Assembly: GCA_963791885.1 (NCBI GenBank)
Contig: CAWBUL010000005.1
Location: forward strand, 1,942,356 to 2,006,355
Direction: 5' to 3'
Length of the DNA stretch: 64,000 bases
DNA from: an uncultured Pseudomonadota bacterium
GTDB lineage: Bacteria > Pseudomonadota > Alphaproteobacteria > Acetobacterales > Acetobacteraceae
A program made the position numbers and the translations under genes. Of the stretch, positions 10,014 to 19,413 are shown piece after piece. Position 1 is the first letter of the stretch. The number at the start of each line of letters is the position of its first letter. Below the pieces are notes generated by a model. That model was not told the DNA's origin. It did no database searches and saw nothing but the letters and a program-made list of their open reading frames with translations.

Positions 10014-10058
10014 GCCCGGGATGCTACTGCCCGGAATACTACTGCCCGGGACACTACT
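10014..10058. repeat. Three tandem 15-bp units GCCCGGRAYRCTACT
   Basis: Units at 10014-10028, 10029-10043 and 10044-10058, between two convergent genes. The last unit overlaps the stop of the small minus-strand ORF. Confidence 0.8.
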
Positions 10059-10329
10059 GAGAGACGGCCAGCCGGCCGAGGACCGCCCCTGTGCGGGGAT
10101 CAACCACCACCACGCGGTCGGGGCCGCCGCCCTGAAGCTCGATGGCCAAGCGATCGCCCGACGGCGCGATGGCAGCAATATGTGTGCCGGCCGGCTGATC
10201 CAGGGTAACCGCGAAGGCCTGAGCGGTCTGTGTGGAGGTGGGCCGTGCCACCAGCATCACGACCAGCACCGTGGTGCCGATCAGGATCAGCACGCCCATT
10301 CCCACGGTCAGCGCAATCAGCCCGCGCAT
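10054..10329 (-). CDS. Small membrane-anchored hypothetical protein
   Basis: The last 91 codons of the 403-aa track ORF give MRGLIALTVGMGVLILIGTTVLVVMLVARP..., one TM helix plus a soluble tail. The rest of that ORF is antisense to rluD. Confidence 0.45.
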   Translation of the reverse strand: MRGLIALTVGMGVLILIGTTVLVVMLVARPTSTQTAQAFAVTLDQPAGTHIAAIAPSGDRLAIELQGGGPDRVVVVDPRTGAVLGRLAVSQ

Positions 10330-10368
10330 CGTCTCGCTCCCTTCCCCTTGTCGAGGTATCCGGTGGCT

Positions 10369-11367
10369 ATGCCGAACCAGGGTGAGACCCTGCGCCTGAC
10401 CGCTACGCCCGAGGCGGCGGGCGAGCGGCTGGACCGGTTCCTGGCGGAGCGCATCGGCACGATGTCTCGCTCCCGCGTCAAGTCGCTGATCGAGGCGGGA
10501 CAGGTCCGGCGGGACGGGACCGTTGTTCGCGAGCCGGCGGAGGGGGTGCGCGCAGGGGCGGCCTACGAGGTCGATGTGCCCGCGCCCAAGCCGGCGATCC
10601 CGCAGCCTGAACGGATCCCCCTGGCGATTCTCTACGAGGACACAGACCTCATCGTGCTGGACAAGCCGGCAGGCCTCGTCGTTCACCCGGCGCCGGGAAA
10701 TGAGAGCGGGACGCTGGTGAACGCGCTGATTGCCCATGCCGGGGAGGAGCTTGCCATCGGCGGCGAGCAGCGGCCGGGAATCGTGCATCGGTTGGACAAG
10801 GACACCTCCGGCGTGATGGTGGTGGCGAAGACCCAGGCGGCGATGAACGCCCTGGCCCCGGCCTTCGCCGCACGGGACCTGGAGCGCCTGTATCTGGCGC
10901 TGGCTTGGGGCCTGCCGGCTCCGGCCACCGGAGAGATCGACGGAGCCATCGGGCGCGACCCGAAAGACCGCAAGCGGATGGCGATTCGGCCCCTGGGGCG
11001 TCCTGGGGGCAAGCCGGCGCTCACCCGATATCGGCTGGTCGAAAGCTGGCATGCAGCCGTCAGCCTGCTCGAGTGCCGGCTGGCCACCGGGCGGACGCAT
11101 CAGATCCGGGTGCATCTGAGTGCGCGAGGGCATCCGATCGTGGGAGATCCGATCTACCTGCGGCGCATTCCTTCGGCCTCGCGCAGCGTGCCCGAGCCGG
11201 CGCGGGGGCGGCTGCTGGACTTTCCGCGGCAAGCCCTGCACGCGGCGGTGCTGGGTTTTCGGCATCCTCGAACGGGGGAGATGCTTCGGTTCGAAACGCC
11301 GATGCCGGCCGATATGGCGGGGTTGATCGAATCACTGCGGATTGATCCGGGAGTGCCACAATCCTGA
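10369..11367 (+). CDS. rluD: 23S rRNA pseudouridine synthase, RluD family
   Basis: The internal ATG at 10369 gives 332 aa. There is an S4 domain (RLDRFLAERIGTMSRSRVKSLIEAGQVRRDG). Catalytic and conserved motifs are HRLDKDTSGVMVVAK and GRTHQIRVH. Confidence 0.85.
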   Translation: MPNQGETLRLTATPEAAGERLDRFLAERIGTMSRSRVKSLIEAGQVRRDGTVVREPAEGVRAGAAYEVDVPAPKPAIPQPERIPLAILYEDTDLIVLDKPAGLVVHPAPGNESGTLVNALIAHAGEELAIGGEQRPGIVHRLDKDTSGVMVVAKTQAAMNALAPAFAARDLERLYLALAWGLPAPATGEIDGAIGRDPKDRKRMAIRPLGRPGGKPALTRYRLVESWHAAVSLLECRLATGRTHQIRVHLSARGHPIVGDPIYLRRIPSASRSVPEPARGRLLDFPRQALHAAVLGFRHPRTGEMLRFETPMPADMAGLIESLRIDPGVPQS

Positions 11368-11431
11368 CGCACCATGCAGCGCAGTTTGCTCCATGCGATG
11401 AGCGCGATCCTGCTCTGATAGGTCAACAATG

Positions 11432-11460
11432 TTGACAGGACCGAATTGGTACTATATAAC
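11432..11460 (+). promoter_or_regulatory. Candidate sigma-70 type promoter upstream of rpoH
   Basis: TTGACA (11432-11437), a 17-nt spacer, then TATAAC (11455-11460), about 200 nt upstream of the rpoH start. Confidence 0.35.
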
Positions 11461-11661
11461 CGCGTTGCTTAGAGGGACGAGGCAAGGTCCTTCCGGGTGC
11501 GCCGTCCGAAGGCCCGGTTGCCTCAAGAGGGGCTGTTCTTCGGGACGTCACAAGCTTGCCACCAATGGACTAATCTTCAGTCCGCGGCGTTAGTGGCTTA
11601 CCAAGACCGACCTGCGCCATCCGGGCAGGTCGAAACGCCGCCCAGACGAAAGGAGCCTCCT

Positions 11662-12573
11662 GTGGCCTCTGCCGTCCTCAATATTGCACCTGAAGGCAAT
11701 CTTTCCAGGTACCTTCAGGAGATTCGTAAGTTCCCCATGCTATCGCCGGAGGAAGAGCTGGAGCTCGCCAAGCGGTGGCGTGACAAGCAGGATATGGAAG
11801 CGGCCCATAAGCTGGTCACTTCACATTTGCGGCTCGTGGCAAAGATCGCCATGGGCTATCGGGGATACGGCTTGCCGGTGGGCGAACTGATCTCCGAAGG
11901 CAATGTCGGAATGATGCAGGCGGTGAAGCGGTTCGATCCGGACCGTGGGTTCCGCTTGGCGACCTATGCCATGTGGTGGATTCGCGCGGCGATCCAGGAA
12001 TACATCCTGCACTCCTGGTCGCTGGTGAAAATGGGCACCACGGCTTCCCAGAAGAAGCTGTTCTTCAATTTGCGGCGGCTGAAGGGCCAAATGCAGGCGA
12101 TCGAAGACGGCGACCTGAAGCCCGAGCAGGTGGCCAAGATCGCGAAGGTGCTGGATGTGCCGGAGCAGGACGTGGTCAGCATGAACCGTCGGTTGGCGGC
12201 GCCGGATCATAGTTTGAATGCGCCGGTGCGGGCCGACAGCGAAGGCGAGTGGCAGGATTGGCTGGTCGACGAGTCGGAAAGCCAGGAAAGCACCATCGCC
12301 GACCGCGAAGAGCTCACCGGGCGAAAGGCTCTGCTGAACACCGCGTTGAAGACGCTGAACGATCGAGAGCGGCATATCCTGATCGAGCGCCGGCTGAAGG
12401 ACAATCCAACGACGCTGGAAGAGCTATCGCAGCAGTACGGGATTTCCCGTGAGCGGGTGCGGCAGATCGAGGTCCGGGCGTTCGAGAAGCTGCAGAAGGC
12501 GATGAAACAGCAGATCGCGGAGCGGCGGATGCAGACGACTGCACGGACGCCGGAGTTGGTGGCCGCGCGGTAG
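11662..12573 (+). CDS. rpoH: RNA polymerase sigma-32 (heat-shock sigma factor)
   Basis: GTG at 11662 lies 6 nt after AAGGAG. The 303-aa product has the RpoH box QKKLFFNLRRLKG, region 2 (ISEGNVGMMQAVKRFDP, YAMWWIRAAI) and region 4 (LEELSQQYGISRERVRQIE). Confidence 0.9.
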   Translation: MASAVLNIAPEGNLSRYLQEIRKFPMLSPEEELELAKRWRDKQDMEAAHKLVTSHLRLVAKIAMGYRGYGLPVGELISEGNVGMMQAVKRFDPDRGFRLATYAMWWIRAAIQEYILHSWSLVKMGTTASQKKLFFNLRRLKGQMQAIEDGDLKPEQVAKIAKVLDVPEQDVVSMNRRLAAPDHSLNAPVRADSEGEWQDWLVDESESQESTIADREELTGRKALLNTALKTLNDRERHILIERRLKDNPTTLEELSQQYGISRERVRQIEVRAFEKLQKAMKQQIAERRMQTTARTPELVAAR

Positions 12574-12602
12574 CGTACTTCCGGGCTCGGCTGGGTGGTT
12601 TA

Positions 12603-12640
12603 AAGGGCGGGTGGATTGATCCACTCGCCCTTTTCGTTTT
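12603..12640 (+). terminator. Rho-independent terminator of rpoH
   Basis: Stem AAGGGCGGGTGG, loop ATTGAT, stem CCACTCGCCCTT (one G-U pair), followed by a TTCGTTTT run. It lies 30 nt after the rpoH stop. Confidence 0.6.
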
Positions 12641-12677
12641 GTGCCAAATGGTCCGTGCGGATGGGGAGAGAGTTCGC

Positions 12678-13634
12678 ATGATCCGGAAATATGCGGGCGG
12701 TCTGATCGCGATCTTCGCGATTTCCTTCGGGGTTGCTCTGCTGTGTCTGGGCACGCAAGCCCGATCGCTGGACCGCGCCGTGACGCTGGCCGGGATCCAG
12801 GATGGCGGTCCGCAATGGGTGGCGGCCGCAGCGCAGTATCCGGAGCTGAGCGTGCTACTGTTTCGGGCGTATGGCGGCGATCCGGCGTTCGGGGCGATGC
12901 TGCGGCGGTGGGGACATAACGCGACGTTTCCGGTGATCGGGCGGTGCTTTCCCGATGGACGCGCTGACGGGGCTGAGATGGCGTGCGGGCGGAAAGTAAT
13001 CGCTTGGATCAACACGTCCGGGGCGGATTACTTGCGGCAGTTCGCCGTGGACAAGGACGGTGTCGCGCATCGATTGCTGCTGCCGACGGCGAGCGCGGCG
13101 GTGGAGGACTTCGTGGCCGGCGGGCTGGAGACGGTGGAGCGCAAGCGTGCCTCCGGCGAGACCGTGACGCTGGGCGATTGGGGATCGGCTGGACTGGATG
13201 TGGTGCAGGCCCCGTTGCTGGTCGCGGCCGGTGCGGAGAGCCTGGCCGCTCGGGGCGTGGCTGCCGAGGGGGCGGACCTTGCCAGTGAAACGGCCGCGCG
13301 AGATGGGGCAGTGGTTGCGCGGGAAACTGCCGGGCGTTCGGTGTTCGCCGAGGCGGTCGCGCGGGTAGCGGGCAGCGGCTGGGTCTGGAAGACGGGCGGC
13401 GTGCTGGCGGTTGGGTATGTGGCGATCCGCCATCCAGGGGTGATCACGGCGTTGGGCGGCTACGCGGCGAGGCTGATCGGACTGCCGGCGTGGGCCGGGC
13501 AGGCATTCATCTGGGCACTCGGCGCGGTGGTTGTGGCGATGGTCGTGCAGCCGCTGCTGGTGATGCTGATGCTGGCCGGCCGCGGTGGGCGAATGGGTTA
13601 TCGTGTGCTCACGGTTCGTGCAGCCGAATCGTGA
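12678..13634 (+). CDS. Hypothetical membrane protein (Ala/Gly-rich)
   Basis: MIRKYAGGLIAIFAISFGVALLCL forms an N-terminal TM helix, and there are two C-terminal TM helices. No recognisable family. The start was chosen at the internal ATG. Confidence 0.4.
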   Translation: MIRKYAGGLIAIFAISFGVALLCLGTQARSLDRAVTLAGIQDGGPQWVAAAAQYPELSVLLFRAYGGDPAFGAMLRRWGHNATFPVIGRCFPDGRADGAEMACGRKVIAWINTSGADYLRQFAVDKDGVAHRLLLPTASAAVEDFVAGGLETVERKRASGETVTLGDWGSAGLDVVQAPLLVAAGAESLAARGVAAEGADLASETAARDGAVVARETAGRSVFAEAVARVAGSGWVWKTGGVLAVGYVAIRHPGVITALGGYAARLIGLPAWAGQAFIWALGAVVVAMVVQPLLVMLMLAGRGGRMGYRVLTVRAAES

Positions 13635-14472
13635 CCGTCAGCGTACGGGTTTCTCCCGGGCGAAGGTGCATAAGGCCGGGCTTGTCGGTGAACTCGCCGG
13701 TGAAGTTGGTCGGGCTGGCGTGGCCGTGCCAGCATTCGAGACAGATGAAATGACCGGGCGGACGCATCCAGATGCCGAGCTTTGGGAAACCGACCGGCGT
13801 GACCTCGATTGCATGGCCGGTCGGGGTCTCGTAGCGCAGGGATGACGGGCTGTCGAAGAGGAGGGCGCCGGCATCGAAGGTCGATTCCGCGAGGGGCAGC
13901 GCTCGGTCGGTGAGGCGGATGCCGGTGGGCTCGGGTTGAATCAGGCCGTCGGCGCCACGGAAGACGGGCGTGCCGGGATCGTCGGCGAAGACGATGCGAT
14001 GACCGTCTTTGGAGGCGCCGGGAGTCAGTGGCCAGTTGAAGCCGGGATGGGTGCCGATGGAGGCGGGAAGCATTTCGCTGCCAGTGTTGGTGAGCGTGTA
14101 GGTGACGGTAAGCGCCGTGGCTTCGATGGCGTGGGTGACGGAGAGAGCGAAGGGGAAGGGATAGACGGCGCGGGTCTCCTCATCGTCGGTGAGTTCGAGC
14201 GTGCAGCGCGCGCCGGTGCGCTCGGTCCAGTGAAACTCTTTGTGGGGCGCGAAGCCGTGGATGCCGAGTTTGTAAGTGCGGCCGTTCAGGCGGTACTCAT
14301 CATCCACCAGGCGGCCGATGATCGGAAAGAGTGTCGGGCCGTGGCGCATCCAGGGCTCGTGCGCCTGCCAGATGTATTCCAGGTTTGACTGGCCACGGAG
14401 TGAGCAAAGCTCGGCGCCTCGGGGCAGGATGCGGGCGGTGATGGCGCCTGAGGTAATTTCACATACGTCCAT
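13609..14472 (-). CDS. Aldose 1-epimerase family protein
   Basis: The last 287 codons of the 502-aa track ORF, starting MDVCEITSGAI with AAGGAA upstream. Supporting motifs are LFPIIGRL, GIHGF and THPGFNW. Confidence 0.8.
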   Translation of the reverse strand: MDVCEITSGAITARILPRGAELCSLRGQSNLEYIWQAHEPWMRHGPTLFPIIGRLVDDEYRLNGRTYKLGIHGFAPHKEFHWTERTGARCTLELTDDEETRAVYPFPFALSVTHAIEATALTVTYTLTNTGSEMLPASIGTHPGFNWPLTPGASKDGHRIVFADDPGTPVFRGADGLIQPEPTGIRLTDRALPLAESTFDAGALLFDSPSSLRYETPTGHAIEVTPVGFPKLGIWMRPPGHFICLECWHGHASPTNFTGEFTDKPGLMHLRPGETRTLTVTIRLHEP

Positions 14473-14489
14473 TTTGACAACAGTTTCCT

Positions 14490-15836
14490 TCAGATGAGTT
14501 TGCGGCCGGCAAGCTCGATCTGTTCGAGCGTGCGCCTGGCGGTTTCGGGCAGGAAACGGGAGACGACGATGGCGGCGGCGATGCCGCTCACGGCGAAGGT
14601 TCCGAAAGCAATCGCCGTGCCTGAGGCGAGGAGTGTCGGGAAGATCGAGGCGATGAGGAAGTTGGCAGTATAGGTGGTGAAGACGCAGGCGCTCATGGTC
14701 CGGCTGCGGGCTTTCAGCGGCAGGAGTTCGGGCAGGACGATCCAGAAGACGGGTCCCCAGGTGAGGGAGAAGGTGGCCTTGAAGACAGCGAGGCAGGTGA
14801 CGGCGAACGTCGCGCCGCTGCCGACGGCCAGCAGGTGAAGCTGAAAGATAATGCCGAGGGCGGCCATGCTGGCGGCCATCACGAGCGCACCACCGATAAG
14901 CAGGGGCTTGCGGCCGACATGGTCGACGATGCGGCCGAGCAGCACGGTCATGATGACAGAGAGCGACTGTAGCCCGACGGCGGTGAGGATGGCCTGGGAT
15001 GGTTTGAAGCCGGCGGCCTGCAGGATCGTCGGCGTGTAGTAAACGATGGTGTTGATGCCGACCATCTGCTGGAAGATGGCGAGCGCGATACCGAGGAAGA
15101 GCATGCGGCGGAGCCATTCCTCCTTCATGATGTCGGCGAAGGAGAGTTTGACCGTCGCGCGCAGGGCACGGATGCCGTCGAGTTCGCTTTCGGCTTCCTC
15201 GGGTGTGCGATTGCGGAGAAGGACCTGGCGGGCTTCGCCCCAGCGTTCGTGGCCGGCGAGCCAGCGGGGTGATTCGGGGATGAAGAACGAGCCGCAGCAG
15301 AGAATGGCGCCGGGGATGGCGGCGATGGCGAACATGTCGCGCCAGTCCCCTTTGCCGGACAGTCCGTAGCCGATGACGTAGGCGAGCAGGATGCCGATGG
15401 CGATGAGGAGTTGGTAGAGCGAGGTGATGCGGCCTCGGAGCGCCGCGGGGGCGATTTCGGCGAGGTAAACGGGAACCTGGACGGCACCGATGCCGATGCC
15501 GAGTCCAAGCAGGATGCGGAACGCAACGAGCATCTCGGGCGTGATGGCCCGGGCGCAGCCGAGGCTCCCGATAACGAAGATGACTCCAACGAGCGTGAGG
15601 AGACGGCGGTTGCCGATTTTCTCGGCGAGCCGGCCGGAGAAGGTCGAGCCGATGAGGCCGCCGAAGAGCAGACCGCTAACGATGAGGCGCTGCACGCCGG
15701 GGGTGACGTGCATGTCCTTCTTGATGAACAGCAGGGCGCCGGCGACGACCCCGCTGTCGTAGCCGAACACGAGGCCTTCAAGAGCGCCGAGGCCGTAGAT
15801 GAGCCAATTCCGATGGAGCGTGCGCGGGGCGGGCAT
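14490..15836 (-). CDS. MFS sugar-porter family transporter
   Basis: The internal ATG at 15836 gives 448 aa. Motifs GYDSGVVAGAL, GRLAEKIGNRRLL, PESPRWL and PETARRTLEQIE are sugar-porter signatures. Confidence 0.85.
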   Translation of the reverse strand: MPAPRTLHRNWLIYGLGALEGLVFGYDSGVVAGALLFIKKDMHVTPGVQRLIVSGLLFGGLIGSTFSGRLAEKIGNRRLLTLVGVIFVIGSLGCARAITPEMLVAFRILLGLGIGIGAVQVPVYLAEIAPAALRGRITSLYQLLIAIGILLAYVIGYGLSGKGDWRDMFAIAAIPGAILCCGSFFIPESPRWLAGHERWGEARQVLLRNRTPEEAESELDGIRALRATVKLSFADIMKEEWLRRMLFLGIALAIFQQMVGINTIVYYTPTILQAAGFKPSQAILTAVGLQSLSVIMTVLLGRIVDHVGRKPLLIGGALVMAASMAALGIIFQLHLLAVGSGATFAVTCLAVFKATFSLTWGPVFWIVLPELLPLKARSRTMSACVFTTYTANFLIASIFPTLLASGTAIAFGTFAVSGIAAAIVVSRFLPETARRTLEQIELAGRKLI

Positions 15837-15915
15837 TGAGGGGACGATTTCTGGACGGTCCCGGTTCTTTGGCCGGAATGGTTTCTGGTTTGGGTGAGGG
15901 GCGGAAGGGCGCGGG

Positions 15916-16698
15916 TTAGCGCGCTGTCCATCCGCCGTCGATCGCCAGCGCCGCCCCAGTGACGGAGGCGGCGGCCGGGGAACACAGATAGACGACCATC
16001 GCGGCGATCTCACTGACCTGCACGAAGCGCTTCGTCGGCTGGCCGGCGAGAAAGATGCGCTCCGTCACTTCGTGTTCGGTGATGCCGTGCGCTTTCGCCT
16101 GGTCGGTTACTTGCTGCTCCACGAGCGGCGTCCAGACATAGCCCGGGCAGATGGCGTTGCAGGTGATACCATGTTCGGCGGCCTCGAGAGCCGTGACTTT
16201 GGTCAGGCCGACGACGCCGTGTTTGGCGGCAACGTAGGCGGACTTGAACGGGGACGCGACCAGTCCGTGCGCAGACGCGATGTTGATGATGCGACCATAA
16301 CCGCGCTGCTTCATGGCTGGCAGCACGGCCTTGCTGGCGTGGAACACGGCAGACAGGTTCACCGCGATGATGGCATTCCAGCGATCTTCGGGAAACGCCT
16401 CGAGCGGGGCGACATGCTGGATGCCGGCGTTGTTGACCAGAATGTCGATCGGGCCAGCGCGTTCGATCATTGCGGCGATCGCGGCGGGCTCGCGCAGGTC
16501 CGCGGCGTCGTACACGATGGGCACGCCGTGGCGGGAAAGGTCGTCTTGCAGCTTGCGGGCATGCTCCGGCGTGGCAATGCCGTTGAGCGTGACCGCGGCG
16601 CCCTGGGCAGCGAGTTCAGTGGCAATGGCCAATCCGATGCCGCTGGTCGATCCAGTGACGAGGGCGGTGCGGCCGGCGAGGGAGCGTTCGTGCGACAT
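15916..16698 (-). CDS. bdhA: D-beta-hydroxybutyrate dehydrogenase (SDR)
   Basis: 260 aa. TALVTGSTSGIGLAIA, NNAGIQHVAPLE and IASAHGLVASPFKSAYVAAKHG match the 3-hydroxybutyrate dehydrogenase subfamily. Confidence 0.8.
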   Translation of the reverse strand: MSHERSLAGRTALVTGSTSGIGLAIATELAAQGAAVTLNGIATPEHARKLQDDLSRHGVPIVYDAADLREPAAIAAMIERAGPIDILVNNAGIQHVAPLEAFPEDRWNAIIAVNLSAVFHASKAVLPAMKQRGYGRIINIASAHGLVASPFKSAYVAAKHGVVGLTKVTALEAAEHGITCNAICPGYVWTPLVEQQVTDQAKAHGITEHEVTERIFLAGQPTKRFVQVSEIAAMVVYLCSPAAASVTGAALAIDGGWTAR

Positions 16699-16748
16699 GC
16701 CGGGGTTATGGTGTGGGACAGGTGCCGGGGCAACCGACCCTTGTTGAG

Positions 16749-17834
16749 CTAAGCCGGTGCTCCGCGCGGCAAGGCTCGTTGGCCCCAGCGCTGGCCCGGT
16801 ATCTCGACGTGAACGTGAAGGATCCAGGCGATCAGCATCGGCACGGCGATGGCGAGTGGCACCCAGAGCGCGGTGAACAGGATCGGCTGGCCAGGGAATA
16901 GCGCCGAAAGGGCGGTGCCGACGACCTTCTGCGCGGGCTCGTTCACCAGATAGACCGGGTAGGAGATGGCGCCGAGCCAGAGCAGCGGGCGGGACCGCAG
17001 TACAGGCGCCAGCGGTCCACCGTGACGCTCGGACGCGAGCGCGAGGGTCCAGACGAGCGGGGCGGCGAGCTTGGTGGGACCGGCCTCAGCCCAGCACAGG
17101 GCAAGTACGGCGAGCAGGACGGCGGCGTAGAGGCGGGCCGTGGTTTGACCCGGTTTTTGGTCGAGTTCGGCGGCCGCAAGGCCGAGGGCAAAGTATTGTG
17201 CCTTGTTTGGGAGGAAGGCGCGGCTGAACTCCCACTCGGGCGAGGCGAACGAGGACCATGCAATGGCGGCGACGGCCACAGCGAGAAGCATGAGCATGCC
17301 ATAGCGAAGGGAGTGGTTGCGATACGCCAGCACTGCCACGAGGGCGTAGAACTGCCACTCGGTGCTGTGGCTCCAGGCGGCGCCGAGGAAGCTGACCCAG
17401 GCGTTCGGCAACACGACATCGGGGAACAGGCCGTGCGTCATCGTCAGATGGGCGGCGATCTCCGGCGCCCAGTGCGAGGGCCAATCCTCTGACCAGATGG
17501 TACGGGCGGTGCTGTCGAGGCCGATCCACGGCATGCGATCGAAGCCTCGGCCGAGCGGCTGGATGGCGACTGCGATGGGGAAGACCACGAAGAAGACGGG
17601 AAGCAGGCGCGCGGCACGGGCGAGCAGGAACGGGGCGGGCTGGTTGTCGAAGCGGGTGAGGGAGCGGGCGATGACCATGCCGCTGAGGATAAAGAAGACA
17701 TCCACCGCGGCTTCGCCGTGGGAGAAGGGGCGGGTGAGCCAGAGCGGAAGCGCGCCGAAGGGAGCCATGTGCGAGAGCAACACATAGGTGGCGAGCACGC
17801 CCCGCAGCCCGTCGAGACACGCCAAGCGTCTCAC
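16749..17834 (-). CDS. Acyltransferase family 3 (OafA-like) membrane protein
   Basis: 361 aa, polytopic. The N-terminus LDGLRGVLATYVLLSH is typical of Acyl_transf_3. Confidence 0.7.
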   Translation of the reverse strand: MRRLACLDGLRGVLATYVLLSHMAPFGALPLWLTRPFSHGEAAVDVFFILSGMVIARSLTRFDNQPAPFLLARAARLLPVFFVVFPIAVAIQPLGRGFDRMPWIGLDSTARTIWSEDWPSHWAPEIAAHLTMTHGLFPDVVLPNAWVSFLGAAWSHSTEWQFYALVAVLAYRNHSLRYGMLMLLAVAVAAIAWSSFASPEWEFSRAFLPNKAQYFALGLAAAELDQKPGQTTARLYAAVLLAVLALCWAEAGPTKLAAPLVWTLALASERHGGPLAPVLRSRPLLWLGAISYPVYLVNEPAQKVVGTALSALFPGQPILFTALWVPLAIAVPMLIAWILHVHVEIPGQRWGQRALPRGAPA

Positions 17835-18007
17835 GCAATGCCTCCTTGAAGGGGATCGGTTCGTTTTGGACCGATTCCGCTTCCGCGGATTCCTCTGCGA
17901 GCGTGACTTACGTTTCGTCTTCTATGCAGCCGAAGCGACCGCGCTCTGAAGGATCAGGATTGGCAGAGAGTGGTTAAGGAGGAGGAAACGACGGATGGTG
18001 GTTACGA

Positions 18008-18922
18008 TTATGTGTCGTCGTAGTGCACTTGTGTGCCGTGCCAGCCTTCCTTGTGTCGGCGCCAATAGTATTCTTTTAGGCGCAACGAGATAGGACCAGG
18101 ATGGTCGTTGCCCATGATATGTGTGCCGACGCGAGAGGCGGGCATGATGCCGCCGGCGGTGGTGGCGAGGAAGACCTCATCGGCGGTTTCCAGTTTCGCG
18201 CGTGGAATGTCGGCGGTCTCGGCCGGAATGCCCAGTTCGCCGCAGAGCTCGAGCACGGACTTCTGCGTGATGCCGCGCAGGCTGCCATGGCGAGGCGTAT
18301 AAACGACGCCGTTGTTGACGACGAAAATGTTGAAACCGGGGCCTTCGGTGACCAGACCCTGAGCATCGCAGAGCACGGCGGTGTCGAACCCGTGGTCATG
18401 GGCTTCCCACAGCGCGCTCTCGAGATCGCCCCACATGTAATTCTTCACGGTGGGATCGAAGCTGGCATCGGGCACGCGGGGGATGGACGAAATCCAGATA
18501 TGGGCGCCGCGTTCCTGCACCTCGGGCGTGATGACGTCGATCCAGGGCAGGGCGTAGGCGACGAGGTGCGGCTCGCAGTCGGCCGGACGGCGGGAGCCGG
18601 GCACGGTGGGGCGGCCACGCAGCGCGACCATGGCGACGTAGGCGTCACGCAATCCGGTTAGCGCGACGACGCGGTTGAGGATGGATTCCAAACGCTCGCG
18701 TGATTCGGGGACGGTGAGGCGGCGCTTCCGCATGTTGGTCTCGAACCGATCGAGGTGATCGGAGAGACGGAAGAACATGCCGTGACGGACGTGAACGACG
18801 TCATAGGTCGTGTCGGAGCGGGTGAGGCCCCAATCGAGAACGGAGATGGTAGCCTCGGCGATCGGGACGAAGCGGCCGTGGATATAGGCGGCGCCGTTGG
18901 CGTACTGGGCTTCGGTCGTCAT
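18008..18922 (-). CDS. Class IV (branched-chain/D-amino-acid type) aminotransferase
   Basis: The internal ATG at 18922 gives 304 aa. Supporting sequence is DWGLTRSDTTYDVVHV, VKNYMWGDL, TEGPGFNIF and RGITQKSVLEL. Confidence 0.8.
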   Translation of the reverse strand: MTTEAQYANGAAYIHGRFVPIAEATISVLDWGLTRSDTTYDVVHVRHGMFFRLSDHLDRFETNMRKRRLTVPESRERLESILNRVVALTGLRDAYVAMVALRGRPTVPGSRRPADCEPHLVAYALPWIDVITPEVQERGAHIWISSIPRVPDASFDPTVKNYMWGDLESALWEAHDHGFDTAVLCDAQGLVTEGPGFNIFVVNNGVVYTPRHGSLRGITQKSVLELCGELGIPAETADIPRAKLETADEVFLATTAGGIMPASRVGTHIMGNDHPGPISLRLKEYYWRRHKEGWHGTQVHYDDT

Positions 18923-18938
18923 GGCGTTGGGATCCTTC

Positions 18939-19235
18939 TCAAACACATGCTTCGATCTGAAGTGCATCGGCAGGCATCTCGGCCTGCGCATGCTTCAAAT
19001 CGTGGATCGCCTGGAGATTCAGCCAGTATTGGGCGGAGGTATTGAAAGCCCTGCCGAGGCGGATCGCCATTTGCGCCGTGATGGCATGTTCTCCATTCAT
19101 GATCCCGGTGATTGCATTGTGCGGGACATGGATATGCTCGGCGAATTTCCGCGCGCTGAGACCGAGAGCCTGCAATTCATCTCGCAGGATGCTACCTGGA
19201 TGGACGGGAGGAAGCTTGTCGATGGGTCGGGTCAT
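18939..19235 (-). CDS. higA: HigA-family antitoxin (XRE HTH)
   Basis: MTRPIDKLPPVHPGSILRDELQALGLSARKFAEHIHVPHNAITGIMNGEHAITAQMAIRLGRAFNTSAQYWLNLQ is the canonical HigA sequence pattern. No intact toxin ORF lies upstream. Confidence 0.75.
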   Translation of the reverse strand: MTRPIDKLPPVHPGSILRDELQALGLSARKFAEHIHVPHNAITGIMNGEHAITAQMAIRLGRAFNTSAQYWLNLQAIHDLKHAQAEMPADALQIEACV

Positions 19236-19413
19236 TTCGAGGGTCAGTGACCTCTTGGAGCCTGCAGGATGCGGGCCCCGCAAGATACGCCGACGATTTG
19301 ACACCGCAAGCTCTGGCCGTTCGCTGACTGGGGTAATCGCATTGGCACCCCACCGCGCCGCACGCTGCCCGGCGCATCATGCAATGTCTGTGTAGCCTCG
19401 GGCAAAGCTAGCC

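Noticed and set aside
10330-11265. Upstream 312 codons of the 403-aa minus-strand ORF 10054..11265
   Set aside because: This part is antisense to rluD, which has unmistakable S4 and pseudouridine synthase motifs. Only the last 91 codons (a TM helix plus tail, outside rluD) look like a gene.
14473-15117. N-terminal extension of the aldose epimerase ORF (502-aa track ORF), and the 15837..16013 extension of the MFS transporter ORF
   Set aside because: The extensions overlap the neighbouring gene and are Arg/Pro-rich. Internal ATG codons with upstream purine-rich sites give proteins of canonical family length.
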